From NCBI GenBank assembly GCA_902799245.1, contig CADBZY010000007.1:22367-86366 (forward strand): a stretch of 64,000 bases of DNA. Reading direction: 5' to 3'. The position numbers and the translations under genes are program-made. This stretch comes from an uncultured Ruminococcus sp. Its GTDB lineage: Bacteria > Bacillota > Clostridia > Oscillospirales > Acutalibacteraceae. The notes below the pieces were generated by a model. That model had not been told where the DNA came from, ran no database searches, and was given only the letters and a program-made list of their open reading frames with translations. Shown piece by piece: positions 1 through 10,441 of the stretch; the stretch's first letter is position 1; every line of letters starts with the position of its first letter.

Positions 1-2
1 CT

Positions 3-650
3 GACGATTATAGCGGCAACTTCGCGGATTTTTTTAAGGAGTTTAATAACAGAAACAGAGACAACAACGATTCCAATGCCACTGTAGGTATGAATACGCC
101 GATACAGTTCAAAGAAAAGCTGTACAGCTTTTCGGAAGGCGATGTGGAAACGGAATACGAAGTATCCATGATCGAAACCTATCGCGGTGAAGCAGCTCTT
201 AAGCTGCTCGAAGGAGCCACTCTCCCGCGTTACGACGAAGACAAATATGACATCTACCTCGTCAAATTCAGCATAAGCATTACCAATCAGGAGACAGACG
301 CTATCGTAACGGCGCCCATGAGCAATCCCGTGGCTTATTCCTCGGATGCAGACAGTCTCTTTACAAGTGACTACAGCACTGTCTATAATCTGGATTACGC
401 CAATAAATATGCTCTGATCAGCAAGGGAGATACCGTCGATTCATGGATGGGCTTTATCGTGGACAAGGATGAACAAAGTCCCCGTATCCTGTGGAATGTG
501 TATGAGGACAAGGCATTCCGCAACAGCGATCCCGCCATCTCTGATCCGGATGCGGTAGAAGCCGGCGCTGCGATTGAAATCATAGAAGATGTCAGCAGCG
601 ATGAGTCCGCCGATTCCTCTTCTTCGGACGATGCCACTTCATCTGATTAA
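3..650 (+). CDS. hypothetical protein, 5' end lies upstream of window; acidic Asp/Ser-rich C-terminus
   Basis: Frame 3 is open from the window edge to the stop at 648-650. No recognisable catalytic motif. Confidence 0.45.
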   Translation, partial: DDYSGNFADFFKEFNNRNRDNNDSNATVGMNTPIQFKEKLYSFSEGDVETEYEVSMIETYRGEAALKLLEGATLPRYDEDKYDIYLVKFSISITNQETDAIVTAPMSNPVAYSSDADSLFTSDYSTVYNLDYANKYALISKGDTVDSWMGFIVDKDEQSPRILWNVYEDKAFRNSDPAISDPDAVEAGAAIEIIEDVSSDESADSSSSDDATSSD

Positions 651-698
651 TCATATTGTATTTTACTTTAAGAATATTACAGATCGGAATTTTTGATT

Positions 699-1754
699 AT
701 GACTCAAAGTAATACTATCTCTTCAAAAAGCGAAAGCAAGCTCAACCTGATCACCGCAATCTTGGTCATTGCAGGCGCTTTGATCTCCATTTGTCTTGTA
801 TTTGTCTTTATTTTGCTTTTCAATGCCAAAAGCAACAGCATAAAACCGCAGATTTACAATGCAAAGCAGATCGGATCCACTGATTCCTCCGTCCTTCTTG
901 TCTGGAGCAGTTCCAAAGCATCCAAGGAATTTATCGTAAGATACCGCAGTACGGACAGCAAAGAAACATCGGAGTACCGCACCGATAAATCCTTTGCTGC
1001 CATTCACGGACTGAAACCTAACAAGAAGTACAACGCAGTTGTGATACCGGTGGATGAGGAAAGGGAATACGATCCTGCCACCGTCATATGCACCACTTCC
1101 CCCTACTGCAACGTCACGGAAGTTAATGTGGACGAAATAACATGCAACAGCGCTCACGTCACGTGGAACTATGACGGCATTGATGAAGGATTTACCGTTG
1201 CGGCCTATACAGTGGATAAAGGCGGCAAGCGCCATTTTGTATCGGATACCGTCACTGTTCCAAAGGGATCAGCCAATGAATGTACACTGGAAAATCTGCT
1301 TTCCGTGCTTCGCTACACGGTATGCGTAATGCCCAATACCAGATACGCAGCTGTGCAAAAAACAACTTTTTTAACCGATAAGTATTCCAAATCCTATAAT
1401 CAGTATTTCATTGTGCGTTTCACGCCTTGTCCGTCTGACACAACTGATTCTGTTCATGTCACCGCTGTGACAACACTTACCGCCAATCAGCCGTATAAAA
1501 CTTCTTTGATACTGTCCGGCGCGGCTGCTCCTACCGATAAGGTGAATATGGAAATGTACGTTACGGACGCAGACGGAATCATCGTACGTCATGTGGAATC
1601 AAAGGATGTTGTTTTGAATCCCAATGAAAATAGTCAGTTTTTCTATCGGTCTTTTGTCATGGATTTTACAGCTCCGTCAGAACCGGGCGAATATTCGGTA
1701 TTTGCGGTAATTGACGGCGTTACCGTCAAAAAGAATAATTTTACCGTCAGCTGA
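699..1754 (+). CDS. membrane-anchored protein with repeated beta-sandwich (FN3/Ig-like) segments, hypothetical
   Basis: ATG at 699 (the track's 693 is a TTG). N-terminal transmembrane helix followed by Cys-containing repeat units. Followed by a terminator. Confidence 0.5.
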   Translation: MTQSNTISSKSESKLNLITAILVIAGALISICLVFVFILLFNAKSNSIKPQIYNAKQIGSTDSSVLLVWSSSKASKEFIVRYRSTDSKETSEYRTDKSFAAIHGLKPNKKYNAVVIPVDEEREYDPATVICTTSPYCNVTEVNVDEITCNSAHVTWNYDGIDEGFTVAAYTVDKGGKRHFVSDTVTVPKGSANECTLENLLSVLRYTVCVMPNTRYAAVQKTTFLTDKYSKSYNQYFIVRFTPCPSDTTDSVHVTAVTTLTANQPYKTSLILSGAAAPTDKVNMEMYVTDADGIIVRHVESKDVVLNPNENSQFFYRSFVMDFTAPSEPGEYSVFAVIDGVTVKKNNFTVS

Positions 1755-1778
1755 ATTTTTCAATAAAACATAATAGTA

Positions 1779-1826
1779 ACGGCAGGATGCTGGTTTTTCA
1801 AGAAATCAAACATCCTGCCGTTTTTC
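1779..1826 (+). terminator. rho-independent terminator
   Basis: Stem ACGGCAGGATG...CATCCTGCCGT followed by TTTTTCT. Confidence 0.7.
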
Positions 1827-1924
1827 TGGTTTTCATTCAAATGTTAGACAAATTAGAATAAGCGAGTATTATTTTCCGACGACAACCTCACAGGGAAAAT
1901 AATGAATACTTTCAGTTATGTCAG

Positions 1925-2452
1925 TTATTTTGTGAGCTTTGTCGGTCCTTTGGCAAATAAATTGGTCTTTTTCAGCGCGATAATAAGCGGGATACCCAAG
2001 ATCAGCATCACACCGAGTTCGCCTGCTCCCACTTCAAGAGCGCAAATCCAGAAAGGAATCTTGCAGACAACCGCAAGCTCACCTCCCACGATAAACGCGT
2101 TGAAAATGACGGGCGGCAAAAGTGAAAGGAAGGGTATTCCAAAGAATTCAATCTTCCGCAGCATACGTGTGCAGATGGCGGCGAGCAGTGTAGCAATACT
2201 TCCGAGCAGTACATCCAGCCAGCCGGCAATATTGGCGCCGGTGGCCACACCCACTGCATTTGAAATAATGCATCCTACTGTCAGTCCGGGTATGGATGAA
2301 GCGGTAAAAATCGGCATAACCGTGAGTGCTTCCGATGCGCGGAACTGAATGTTGGCGAAAGACAGAGGCGCTAATACAAGCGTTGCGACCGTGTAGAGCG
2401 CAGCGATCATACCGCCCTGTGCGAGTTGGATAAGCTTGCTTTTGTTGTTCAT
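1925..2452 (-). CDS. queT: queuosine-precursor ECF transporter S component QueT
   Basis: About 175 aa with multiple transmembrane helices; the MNNKSKLIQLAQGGMIAALYTV start is typical of the QueT family. GGAG ribosome-binding site 11 nt upstream. The track's extra 16 codons at the N-terminus overlap the leader. Confidence 0.6.
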   Translation of the reverse strand: MNNKSKLIQLAQGGMIAALYTVATLVLAPLSFANIQFRASEALTVMPIFTASSIPGLTVGCIISNAVGVATGANIAGWLDVLLGSIATLLAAICTRMLRKIEFFGIPFLSLLPPVIFNAFIVGGELAVVCKIPFWICALEVGAGELGVMLILGIPLIIALKKTNLFAKGPTKLTK

Positions 2453-2465
2453 TTGTAATTCACTC

Positions 2466-2524
2466 CGTATTTTGATTATTTGTCCGGTCAGGCCGGACAA
2501 GGTCAGGAGGTTGCGACTGACCTT
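2466..2524 (-). promoter_or_regulatory. candidate preQ1 riboswitch (class I/III-like) in the queT leader
   Basis: Minus-strand RNA contains the hairpin GGUCAG-UCGCAACCUC-CUGACC (its loop resembles the Tte preQ1-I loop UCGCAGUAAC). A second hairpin GUCCGG-CCUGA-CCGGAC follows, then an A-rich tail AAAUAAUCAAAAUACGGAG ending in the ribosome-binding site. A duplicated CUGACC allows alternative pairing. Confidence 0.35.
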
Positions 2525-2617
2525 TTGTTATAATAACACGCAATGATCATGAATTATCGCGTGCAATTATCAGAAAATATTACAATTTGTAATTTGCAAT
2601 AGTGATTATACATTTTT

Positions 2618-2947
2618 CTATTGCTGTATAATGCCGTCCCATAAATATTCTGACAGATCGACAGCATAGTCGTCGTTCACTTTGACGCCCTCGGATTCCA
2701 GCAGTTTGCGCTGGACTTCTTTACCGCCGAAGGCAAATTCCGGGGCCAGCATACCAAAGCGATTGACAACACGGTGACAGGGAACTGTGACAGGCTCTGG
2801 ATTGTGGTGAAGAGCGCTTCCTACTATACGTGACGCCTTCGGAGAGCCACAGAGAGCGGCAATCTGTCCATAGGTAGCCACCTTCCCCTTCGGGATTTTT
2901 CTTACAATACGATATACTTTTCCGTAAAAGCTCGATTTATTACTCAT
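2618..2947 (-). CDS. MGMT-family methylated-DNA--protein-cysteine methyltransferase (short, C-terminal-domain-only form)
   Basis: Active-site PCHRVV motif and helix-turn-helix GKVATYGQIA; 109 aa. Confidence 0.7.
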   Translation of the reverse strand: MSNKSSFYGKVYRIVRKIPKGKVATYGQIAALCGSPKASRIVGSALHHNPEPVTVPCHRVVNRFGMLAPEFAFGGKEVQRKLLESEGVKVNDDYAVDLSEYLWDGIIQQ

Positions 2948-2981
2948 TAAAATTTATTTATTGATTATTACACCTTGTTAT

Positions 2982-4340
2982 TTAAGCGTCATCCGAATTG
3001 TCAGTATCGTTAGTGTTATCGCTGACGACATCATCTTCCGGATTTTTTACGACTCTGACTTTTGTTATTCTGCGGTCGCTCACCTGTTCCACGGTAAACT
3101 CCGCATTTTCAAAGGTAACAGTGGGATGTTCGTTTTCTGTAGGTATTCTGCCCAATGTGCTGACGATATATCCCGCCAGTGTATCGTAGTCTCCTTCCGG
3201 CAATTCTATATCCAGCAGATCAGAAACCTCATAGATGGAAGTAGTACCGTCTATCGTGAATGTATTGTCATTGAGCTGACTGATTTCTTCGTCTTCATTG
3301 TCAAATTCATCCTGGATGTTTCCGAGGATAGACTCTATCAGATCTTCCATTGTAATGATGCCTGATGTACCGCCGTATTCATCGACCACCACAGCCATCT
3401 GCACCTTTGTTTCCGTCATTTCTCCGAAGAGTTCGCTCAGCTTTTTGGTTTCCGGAATATAACACGCCGGACGCATCAGCTTATAGATCTGCGTATCACA
3501 GTTTTCTGTACTGCCGACAAATCGCAGCAGATCTTTGACATACAGCACGCCCTGAATGTTATCCAGGTCATCCTTATAAACCGGTATTCTGGAAAAACCG
3601 TTTTGAAGAGCGAAGTCAACGGCCTGACGGACGGTAGAGGTGTATTCCAGCGCTTCCACATCGGTGCGGTGCGTCATGGCTTCGCTCGCGGTTGTATCGC
3701 CGAATTCAAAGATATTGGCGATCATATCCGCTTCCGATTCCTCTATGACCCCTTTTTCTCCGCTGGCGTCAACCATCATCATGATTTCATCTTCCGTAGC
3801 TAACTTTTCATCCGCGTGCGCCGGAACGCCAAATATCTTCACGATTATATTGCTTATACTGAGCATAAGGATGCAATACGGATACAGCAGCTTAATGAGC
3901 AGCTTAAAAAAGCCCGGAACAGTATATGCGATTTTTTCACAATAGTGAATTCCTATCTTGCGAGGAATAATTTTTCCGTTGACTGTATAAAATGTCAGAA
4001 CCAAAAAGGCTGTACAGATCAACGCTGCCCAATTGGCGTTTTTCTCGCCGATAACGTCCCACAAGCTGAATAATTCCCTGATACGGGGATAGATATATCG
4101 ATATGTCTGAACGGAAATGCCGAATAGACAAAAGGCACTGATCGTCCGCACAACGGCGATAAAAAACGGTTTTTGACCTGAACGCAGCCCGGCGAGTTTT
4201 TCCGCCTTTTTATCTCCATCATCTTCAAGCTGCTTAATGCGGCTGATATTGGCTGCTGTCACTGCTGATTCGCTGAGATGAAGAAAACAGTCAATCAGCG
4301 TCAATACTATAATCAGAAAAATGCACAGATATAGATTCAT
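2982..4340 (-). CDS. HlyC/CorC (CNNM) family transporter with DUF21, CBS pair and CorC_HlyC domains
   Basis: Four N-terminal transmembrane helices, a CBS pair and a C-terminal CorC domain; GGAGGG ribosome-binding site. Downstream acidic tail. Confidence 0.8.
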   Translation of the reverse strand: MNLYLCIFLIIVLTLIDCFLHLSESAVTAANISRIKQLEDDGDKKAEKLAGLRSGQKPFFIAVVRTISAFCLFGISVQTYRYIYPRIRELFSLWDVIGEKNANWAALICTAFLVLTFYTVNGKIIPRKIGIHYCEKIAYTVPGFFKLLIKLLYPYCILMLSISNIIVKIFGVPAHADEKLATEDEIMMMVDASGEKGVIEESEADMIANIFEFGDTTASEAMTHRTDVEALEYTSTVRQAVDFALQNGFSRIPVYKDDLDNIQGVLYVKDLLRFVGSTENCDTQIYKLMRPACYIPETKKLSELFGEMTETKVQMAVVVDEYGGTSGIITMEDLIESILGNIQDEFDNEDEEISQLNDNTFTIDGTTSIYEVSDLLDIELPEGDYDTLAGYIVSTLGRIPTENEHPTVTFENAEFTVEQVSDRRITKVRVVKNPEDDVVSDNTNDTDNSDDA

Positions 4341-4458
4341 ACGGTCTGCCCTCCGAATGTATATCCGTAATTGACGAAAACAGATTGATGAGGATTACTG
4401 TCTGCGTCGCTCATAAACGTTTTTCTCCCTTCTCTATTTAATAGAATAGCACTCTTTT

Positions 4459-5313
4459 TTAGTTGCCGCCCAGCTTGTTTGCAAGGCTGGCAAGGTCTTC
4501 ATTCGAGAAAAAGTCAACCTCTAATGTTCCCTTTTCTGCTGTTCCGACAACCTTCACTTTCCGTCCTAATGCCATTGACAGTGCGATTTCCACTTCATCG
4601 AAATAATTGTCTCTCTCCGTCTGAGTGGCTTTCGGTTTTGTGGTTTCGCCCTTTTCTTTCTTGACTTGCTTCTCCACATCACGGACAGTCATCTTTTTCT
4701 TAACAGCCTGACACGCGATCTTTACCATGGATTCTTCATCATGCAGACCGAGAAGCGGACGCACATGTCCGACGGTAAGATCGCCTGCGGTGAGCATACC
4801 GAGTACCGAGTCAGGCAGCTCCAGCAATCGCACAGAATTGGCGACACTGGGACGTGATTTTCCCACTCTGCTTGCCACCTGTTCCTGCGTCATGCCGTAC
4901 TCATTCATGAGGTGTCTGTAGCCTTCCGCCTCTTCAACCGGGTTGAGATCTTCGCGCTGTAGATTTTCGATCAGTGCGATTTCGTCAACCTCTTTATCGT
5001 TCAGTTCGCGAATAATAACCGGAACCTCTGTCAATCCGGCGCTCTGGGCTGCTCTCCAGCGTCTCTCCCCCGCCACTATCTGATAGCCGCCACTCACAAG
5101 AGGGCGAACAATCAGCGGTTGAATGACGCCGACCGCGGCAATGGAATCGGCCAGTTCTGCCAATGCCGCCGGATCAAATTCCTTTCTGGGCTGGTCACGG
5201 TTGGGCTCAAGCTCGGATATTCTTAATGTGCGAGCGCTGTCACTTTCTTCTATGATATTATCATTAAATAGCGAATCCAGACCTTTTCCTAATCCGCCTC
5301 TCTTGCCTGCCAT
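4459..5313 (-). CDS. parB: chromosome partitioning protein ParB/Spo0J
   Basis: N-terminus GKRGGLGKGLDSLF, ParB box GERRWRAA, helix-turn-helix; GGAGGA ribosome-binding site. Confidence 0.88.
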   Translation of the reverse strand: MAGKRGGLGKGLDSLFNDNIIEESDSARTLRISELEPNRDQPRKEFDPAALAELADSIAAVGVIQPLIVRPLVSGGYQIVAGERRWRAAQSAGLTEVPVIIRELNDKEVDEIALIENLQREDLNPVEEAEGYRHLMNEYGMTQEQVASRVGKSRPSVANSVRLLELPDSVLGMLTAGDLTVGHVRPLLGLHDEESMVKIACQAVKKKMTVRDVEKQVKKEKGETTKPKATQTERDNYFDEVEIALSMALGRKVKVVGTAEKGTLEVDFFSNEDLASLANKLGGN

Positions 5314-5352
5314 TGCGTTTATCCTCCGTTCTCGAATCTTAATGGATTTGTC

Positions 5353-6120
5353 TTACTTCTTATTCTTTTTAATGATTTCCTTTGCCAACTTGTCATATGC
5401 GTCTGCACCCTTTGATTTTTTATCAAAGTAATTGATGGGTTGTCCGTAACTGGGCGCTTCTGACAGTCTTACTGTTCTCGGAATGACCGTTTTGAATACC
5501 TGTTTCGGGAAGTACTTCTTTACCTGTTCGGCTACCTCCTGCGTCAGATTAAGCCTGCCGTCGTACATCGTAAACAGCACGCCTTCGATTTCAAGATGAG
5601 AATTAAATGTTCGCTTAATTCTTGAAACCGTGTTTGTAAGCTGTGCGAGACCTTCCAAGGCATAGTATTCGCACTGAATAGGCACAAGCACGCTGTCCGC
5701 CGCATTCAACGCGTTAATGGTTATCAGATTCAGCGAAGGAGGACAGTCTACCAGCACAAAATCATATGCTTCCCGCGCTGCCGCAAGTCCTTTTTTGAGT
5801 ATGGATTCTCTGTTGTCCATTTCCGATATTTCGAGATCGGCTCCCGCCATTCTTATATCTGAGGGAACGATGGATACATTCTTAAACTCCGTTTTGATGG
5901 CGGCAGCATCGGCAGTCACCTCTCCAATCATCACGTTATAGGACGACTGTTCATTGTCCTGCTTGTCTATACCAAGTCCCGATGTCGCGTTTCCCTGCGG
6001 ATCAATATCGACCAGCAACACCTTTTTGTTCATGGCACCAAGTGCGGAAGCGAGATTGACAGCCGTTGTTGTCTTGCCGACACCGCCTTTTTGATTTGTT
6101 ACAGCGATTATTTTGCCCAT
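5353..6120 (-). CDS. parA: chromosome partitioning ATPase ParA/Soj
   Basis: Deviant Walker A KGGVGKTT. ATG at 6120 with a GAAAGG ribosome-binding site; the track's longer start is a TTG. Confidence 0.88.
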   Translation of the reverse strand: MGKIIAVTNQKGGVGKTTTAVNLASALGAMNKKVLLVDIDPQGNATSGLGIDKQDNEQSSYNVMIGEVTADAAAIKTEFKNVSIVPSDIRMAGADLEISEMDNRESILKKGLAAAREAYDFVLVDCPPSLNLITINALNAADSVLVPIQCEYYALEGLAQLTNTVSRIKRTFNSHLEIEGVLFTMYDGRLNLTQEVAEQVKKYFPKQVFKTVIPRTVRLSEAPSYGQPINYFDKKSKGADAYDKLAKEIIKKNKK

Positions 6121-6238
6121 TTTATAAGCACCTTTCTTTTCTTTCAATGATGTTAATTCATATATATGATTATATCATAAGCTGTTTTAATTACAATCCC
6201 TTTTCCGATTTTTTTAATTAAATTTATGTTAATTACGC

Positions 6239-6254
6239 TGTTTCACGTGAAACA
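6239..6254. promoter_or_regulatory. parS centromere site
   Basis: Perfect 16-bp palindrome TGTTTCACGTGAAACA, matching the Firmicutes parS consensus TGTTNCACGTGAAACA. Confidence 0.8.
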
Positions 6255-6287
6255 TATGTGTTTTTCACCGTGTTTAACATTATAACA

Positions 6288-6998
6288 TTATAAAGGCTTC
6301 TTTTTTATCTTCGCATACGATCTGGGAAACTGTGAAGGCGTGGATTTTATCTTCTCCACCACAATGATCGTTCGTTCACTGTCATCTGAAATCTTATATT
6401 CAGATACAGCACTCTCCTTACCGCCCAGCGTACCGATTCCGGGACGAGCAGAATTAAGCTCAGCGGAACTGTTTGGGCCTTTCATAGACACAAACTTGCC
6501 GCCTGTTTTGACATAAGGAATGCAATATTCAGCCAACTCTCTCAGGTTGGAAACGGCTCTTGCACAGGCAATATCATACTTTTCCCGAAATTCCGGCATC
6601 TGTCCGCCTTCCTCGGCACGCAAATGAACGGTTTTAACTTTGACGCCAATTTTTTCGGCAACGTCGTTTAGAAAAATGATTCGCTTATTAAGACTGTCCA
6701 GCAAAGTCATATCGAGATCCGGCCTAATTATTTTTAAAACCATCCCCGGAAAGCCTGCGCCAGTTCCAACGTCAATCACCTTTGAACGAGAATCGACATC
6801 AACATATTTCAATAAAGCAATACTGTCCTCAAAATGACGAGTCATTATTCCTTCACTGTCAGTAATTCCCGTTAAGTTCATCTTCGTATTCCATTCAACG
6901 AGTAAATCGGAATATTTGTCAAGCTGTGATAATTGAACAGAGCTCAATTGAACACCATATAGGTTCGCTTTTGCCTGCATTTTCTCAAAATCAATCAC
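6288..6998 (-). CDS. rsmG: 16S rRNA (guanine527-N7)-methyltransferase RsmG
   Basis: SAM-binding motif VIDVGTGAGFPG and N-terminal LVEWNTKMNLT. GTG start with a GGGAGG ribosome-binding site. Confidence 0.85.
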   Translation of the reverse strand: MIDFEKMQAKANLYGVQLSSVQLSQLDKYSDLLVEWNTKMNLTGITDSEGIMTRHFEDSIALLKYVDVDSRSKVIDVGTGAGFPGMVLKIIRPDLDMTLLDSLNKRIIFLNDVAEKIGVKVKTVHLRAEEGGQMPEFREKYDIACARAVSNLRELAEYCIPYVKTGGKFVSMKGPNSSAELNSARPGIGTLGGKESAVSEYKISDDSERTIIVVEKIKSTPSQFPRSYAKIKKKPL

Positions 6999-7017
6999 TG
7001 CTTCAATCCTCCCCTAA

Positions 7018-8910
7018 TTATTTCTGATGATTGCTTTTTGCAAGCCAGATCAGCAGAACCGAAATGTCCGCAGGACTCACTCCTGATATTCTGGAAGCCT
7101 GTCCGATGCTGGCCGGACGAATTTTACTTAATTTTTCGATAGCTTCGAGCCTTAATCCTGTAATAGCATTATAATCAATATCAAAGGGAAGCGTTTTTTC
7201 TTCCAATCGATGTGCTTCGTTAATCATGGCCTGTTGACGGCTGATATATCCTTCGTATTTGATTTCTATTTCTACCTGCTCTAAAATATAATCCGGCAAT
7301 TCCGGCCTAGTGCTGTCTATCGGCGTCAAGACCTTATAATTTAATTCGGGACGCTTCAACAATTCAACAAGTCTCACGGGATTGTTAATCGCTGATGTTT
7401 CACGTGAAACAAGAATGTCATTGACTCCCTTTGAACAGGGAATGGTGGTATTCCGAACTCTTTTCATTTCAGCACGCTTTAATTCCTGTCTATACAAAAA
7501 CGCAGCGTATTTTTCATCCGAAATTAAACCAATTTCGTGTCCGATTGGCATCAATCGCTCATCCGCATTATCCTGCCGGAGAATCAGCCGATATTCCGAC
7601 CGGGAAGTCATCATTCTGTAAGGATCAGAGACGCCTTTTGTAACAAGATCATCAATTAGCGTGCCGATATAACTTCCGGAACGTTCCAAAATCAGCGGTT
7701 TGCGCCCTTTAACAGACAATGCTGCATTAATGCCGGCAACAATACCCTGTGCCGCAGCCTCTTCATATCCTGAACTGCCATTAAACTGTCCTGCTCCATA
7801 CAATCCCGCATAGTCCTTGAATTCCAATGTCGGATACAATGCAAGCGGGTCAATACAGTCGTATTCAATCGCATATGCCGTGCGCATAATTTTAACGTTT
7901 TCAAGGCCGGGAATCGACTTATATAGAGCAATCTGAACATCTTCCGGCAGAGAAGAAGAGGCACCCTGCAAATACATTTCTTCCGTATCCAGACCGCAAG
8001 GCTCAATAAATAGCTGATGACGCTCTTTTTCCGAGAATCGGACAATCTTATCTTCTATACTGGGGCAGTAACGAGGCCCGATTCCATCTATTTTACCACT
8101 GTAAAGAGGAGAACGATGAATATTATCAAGGATAATCTGCTTTGTAGTCTGATTGGTCCAGGTGACATGACATACCGCCTGGTTGACCAGCGGAAAATCA
8201 GGCTTTTCCATCGTGTCATAAGAAAAAGGTGTAATGTCATTGTCACCTTCCTGTACCTCCAAACCGGAGAAGTCGATCGAACGTTTATGAATACGCGCCG
8301 GTGTTCCGGTCTTGAATCTTCGGCAGGGCAAACCAAGTGCACGGAGGCATTTTCCGAGAGCAGTAGCGGCAAACATACCGTCTGGGCCTCCTTCGTAACT
8401 GACATCGCCGACGTAAATCTTTCCTCCGAGATAAGTTCCGGTGGAAATGATAACACATTTTGATTGATAAACGGCTCCCATTTTGGTAACAAGGCTCCAG
8501 CGATAAGGTTCATCGGAAGGTCTTATTTCTACAATTTCCGCCTGTTTGAGGTCAAGACCTTCCTGTGTTTCCAACGCTTTTTTGATTCTTGCGGAATACT
8601 TTCTGCGGTCGATCTGTGCGCGTAAGCTGTGCACAGCAGGGCCCTTTCCCCTATTCAGCATTCTGCTTTGAATAAATGTATCGTCGGCGGATCTACCCAT
8701 TTCGCCGCCAAGTGCATCCACCTCGCGTACCAGATGCCCTTTTGCGGTTCCGCCAATAGAAGGATTACATGGCAGATTACCGACGGAATCCATATTGATT
8801 GTAAAAATAATGGTACTACAGCCTAACCTTGCGCTGGCCAGAGCTGCTTCTGTTCCGGCATGTCCCGCGCCAATAACTGCTACATCATATTTTCCGGCAT
8901 TAAATTCCAT
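7018..8910 (-). CDS. mnmG: tRNA uridine 5-carboxymethylaminomethyl modification enzyme MnmG (GidA)
   Basis: FAD motif YDVAVIGAGHAGTEAALA; 630 aa with full-length similarity. Confidence 0.92.
   Translation of the reverse strand: MEFNAGKYDVAVIGAGHAGTEAALASARLGCSTIIFTINMDSVGNLPCNPSIGGTAKGHLVREVDALGGEMGRSADDTFIQSRMLNRGKGPAVHSLRAQIDRRKYSARIKKALETQEGLDLKQAEIVEIRPSDEPYRWSLVTKMGAVYQSKCVIISTGTYLGGKIYVGDVSYEGGPDGMFAATALGKCLRALGLPCRRFKTGTPARIHKRSIDFSGLEVQEGDNDITPFSYDTMEKPDFPLVNQAVCHVTWTNQTTKQIILDNIHRSPLYSGKIDGIGPRYCPSIEDKIVRFSEKERHQLFIEPCGLDTEEMYLQGASSSLPEDVQIALYKSIPGLENVKIMRTAYAIEYDCIDPLALYPTLEFKDYAGLYGAGQFNGSSGYEEAAAQGIVAGINAALSVKGRKPLILERSGSYIGTLIDDLVTKGVSDPYRMMTSRSEYRLILRQDNADERLMPIGHEIGLISDEKYAAFLYRQELKRAEMKRVRNTTIPCSKGVNDILVSRETSAINNPVRLVELLKRPELNYKVLTPIDSTRPELPDYILEQVEIEIKYEGYISRQQAMINEAHRLEEKTLPFDIDYNAITGLRLEAIEKLSKIRPASIGQASRISGVSPADISVLLIWLAKSNHQK
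7396..7411. promoter_or_regulatory. parS centromere site (inside the mnmG coding sequence)
   Basis: Perfect TGTTTCACGTGAAACA. Confidence 0.8.
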
Positions 8911-8933
8911 ACTATCTCCTGTTTTCTATAGTT

Positions 8934-10298
8934 CTATTTTCCTACGCAAAAATGATGAAACACCGCATCCGTTACTACTTCGGTGACTCTCTCCCCTGTC
9001 AATTCAAGCAGATACTGAATGGCACAGTCTATGGAAATATTGACCGCGTCAAGCGTCATACCACCGTTTAATGCGTTTTGCGCATCTGCGACCATATTCA
9101 GGCAATTACGACAGCAGTTAATCTGTCTCTCACCCGATAGTATTCCGTCGGCTGGATTGAGATCGGATACACCGAGAATATCTGAAATTGCTTTACTTAA
9201 TTCTTCGATACCGCTTTCATTCTTTGCGGAAATATAGACGGTTCTGCTGATGCTCTCTGTAATAAACGCAGTATCGAGACTCCCGCTTATATCTGTTTTA
9301 TTGATAACCGCTACACAGTTCCGGCCTTTCAGATTTTCGATTAATTGTCTGTCATCATCATCCAGCGGCATAGAATTATCAAACACCGCAATCACCAACC
9401 CTGCGCTGTTCATTCGATCAAGTGCTCTGTCAACGCCGATCGTTTCGACAGGATCATCGGTATCGTGAATTCCGGCTGTATCGGCGAGTCTCAGAATGAC
9501 ATCTCCTAAAACGACTTTTTCTTCCACAATATCGCGGGTAGTTCCTGCTATGTGCGTCACTATGCTCCGCTCACAACCGGCAAGGCAATTCATCAAAGTG
9601 GATTTGCCTACATTCGGTTTACCGACAATAACCGTGTCGACACCGTCACGGATGACCTTTCCCGCATCCGCGTCTGCAATCATTTTATTTAATTCTGCTA
9701 CGCATTTACCAAGATCACATGACAATTGATCTACATCCACAGGAATCAGATCTTCCTCGGGATAATCCGCCCATGCGGAGAGATGTGCCGCATAGCCTAT
9801 TAAATCATTCTTTATACGATTGATTTTTATATACAGCTTGCCTTCCATCGCGTTGATGGCGGCTCTGGCCGCTTGCTGTCCCTGCGCGGAAATCAGATCC
9901 ATTACTGCCTCTGCCTGCGTTAGGGACATCTTACCGTTTTCAAATGCCCTTCTGGTAAATTCTCCGGCATCCGCTATTCTTGCGCCGTGTTTCAGAACGG
10001 AACGGAGTACATTTCTGATAACGTACAGTCCGCCGTGACATTGCAGTTCTACGACGTCTTCTCCGGTATAGCTTTTCGGTGCTTTGAATACAAGGGCGAT
10101 GGCATCGTCTATTTTTTCAGTGTCATCGTACACATGACCGAAATGCGCCGCATATCCGTTAGAATCAGTCAGCGTTGTTTTATCGGCAGCGGTGAAAACT
10201 CGATCCGCTATTTCACACGCATTTTCTCCGGATATTCTGACGATACCGATGCCGCCGGCAGCCTGAGGCGTCGCAATGGCTGCAATTGTTTCACTCAT
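8934..10298 (-). CDS. mnmE: tRNA modification GTPase MnmE (TrmE)
   Basis: G1 motif GKPNVGKST, G3 motif DTAGIHDT and C-terminal CVGK. Confidence 0.92.
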   Translation of the reverse strand: MSETIAAIATPQAAGGIGIVRISGENACEIADRVFTAADKTTLTDSNGYAAHFGHVYDDTEKIDDAIALVFKAPKSYTGEDVVELQCHGGLYVIRNVLRSVLKHGARIADAGEFTRRAFENGKMSLTQAEAVMDLISAQGQQAARAAINAMEGKLYIKINRIKNDLIGYAAHLSAWADYPEEDLIPVDVDQLSCDLGKCVAELNKMIADADAGKVIRDGVDTVIVGKPNVGKSTLMNCLAGCERSIVTHIAGTTRDIVEEKVVLGDVILRLADTAGIHDTDDPVETIGVDRALDRMNSAGLVIAVFDNSMPLDDDDRQLIENLKGRNCVAVINKTDISGSLDTAFITESISRTVYISAKNESGIEELSKAISDILGVSDLNPADGILSGERQINCCRNCLNMVADAQNALNGGMTLDAVNISIDCAIQYLLELTGERVTEVVTDAVFHHFCVGK

Positions 10299-10414
10299 AC
10301 TTTCATCCCTTTCGATACGTATTACCTTCCTACTATTATATCATATAATTCTGCAATTGCAATTGATTTATAAAAATAATATGACTTATCAGCATCCAAT
10401 TTAATGTTTCACAT

Positions 10415-10430
10415 GAAACATCTGCTTTAA
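10415..10430. promoter_or_regulatory. parS-like site (1 mismatch)
   Basis: TGTTTCACATGAAACA. Confidence 0.55.
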
Positions 10431-10441
10431 CCACTTAATAA

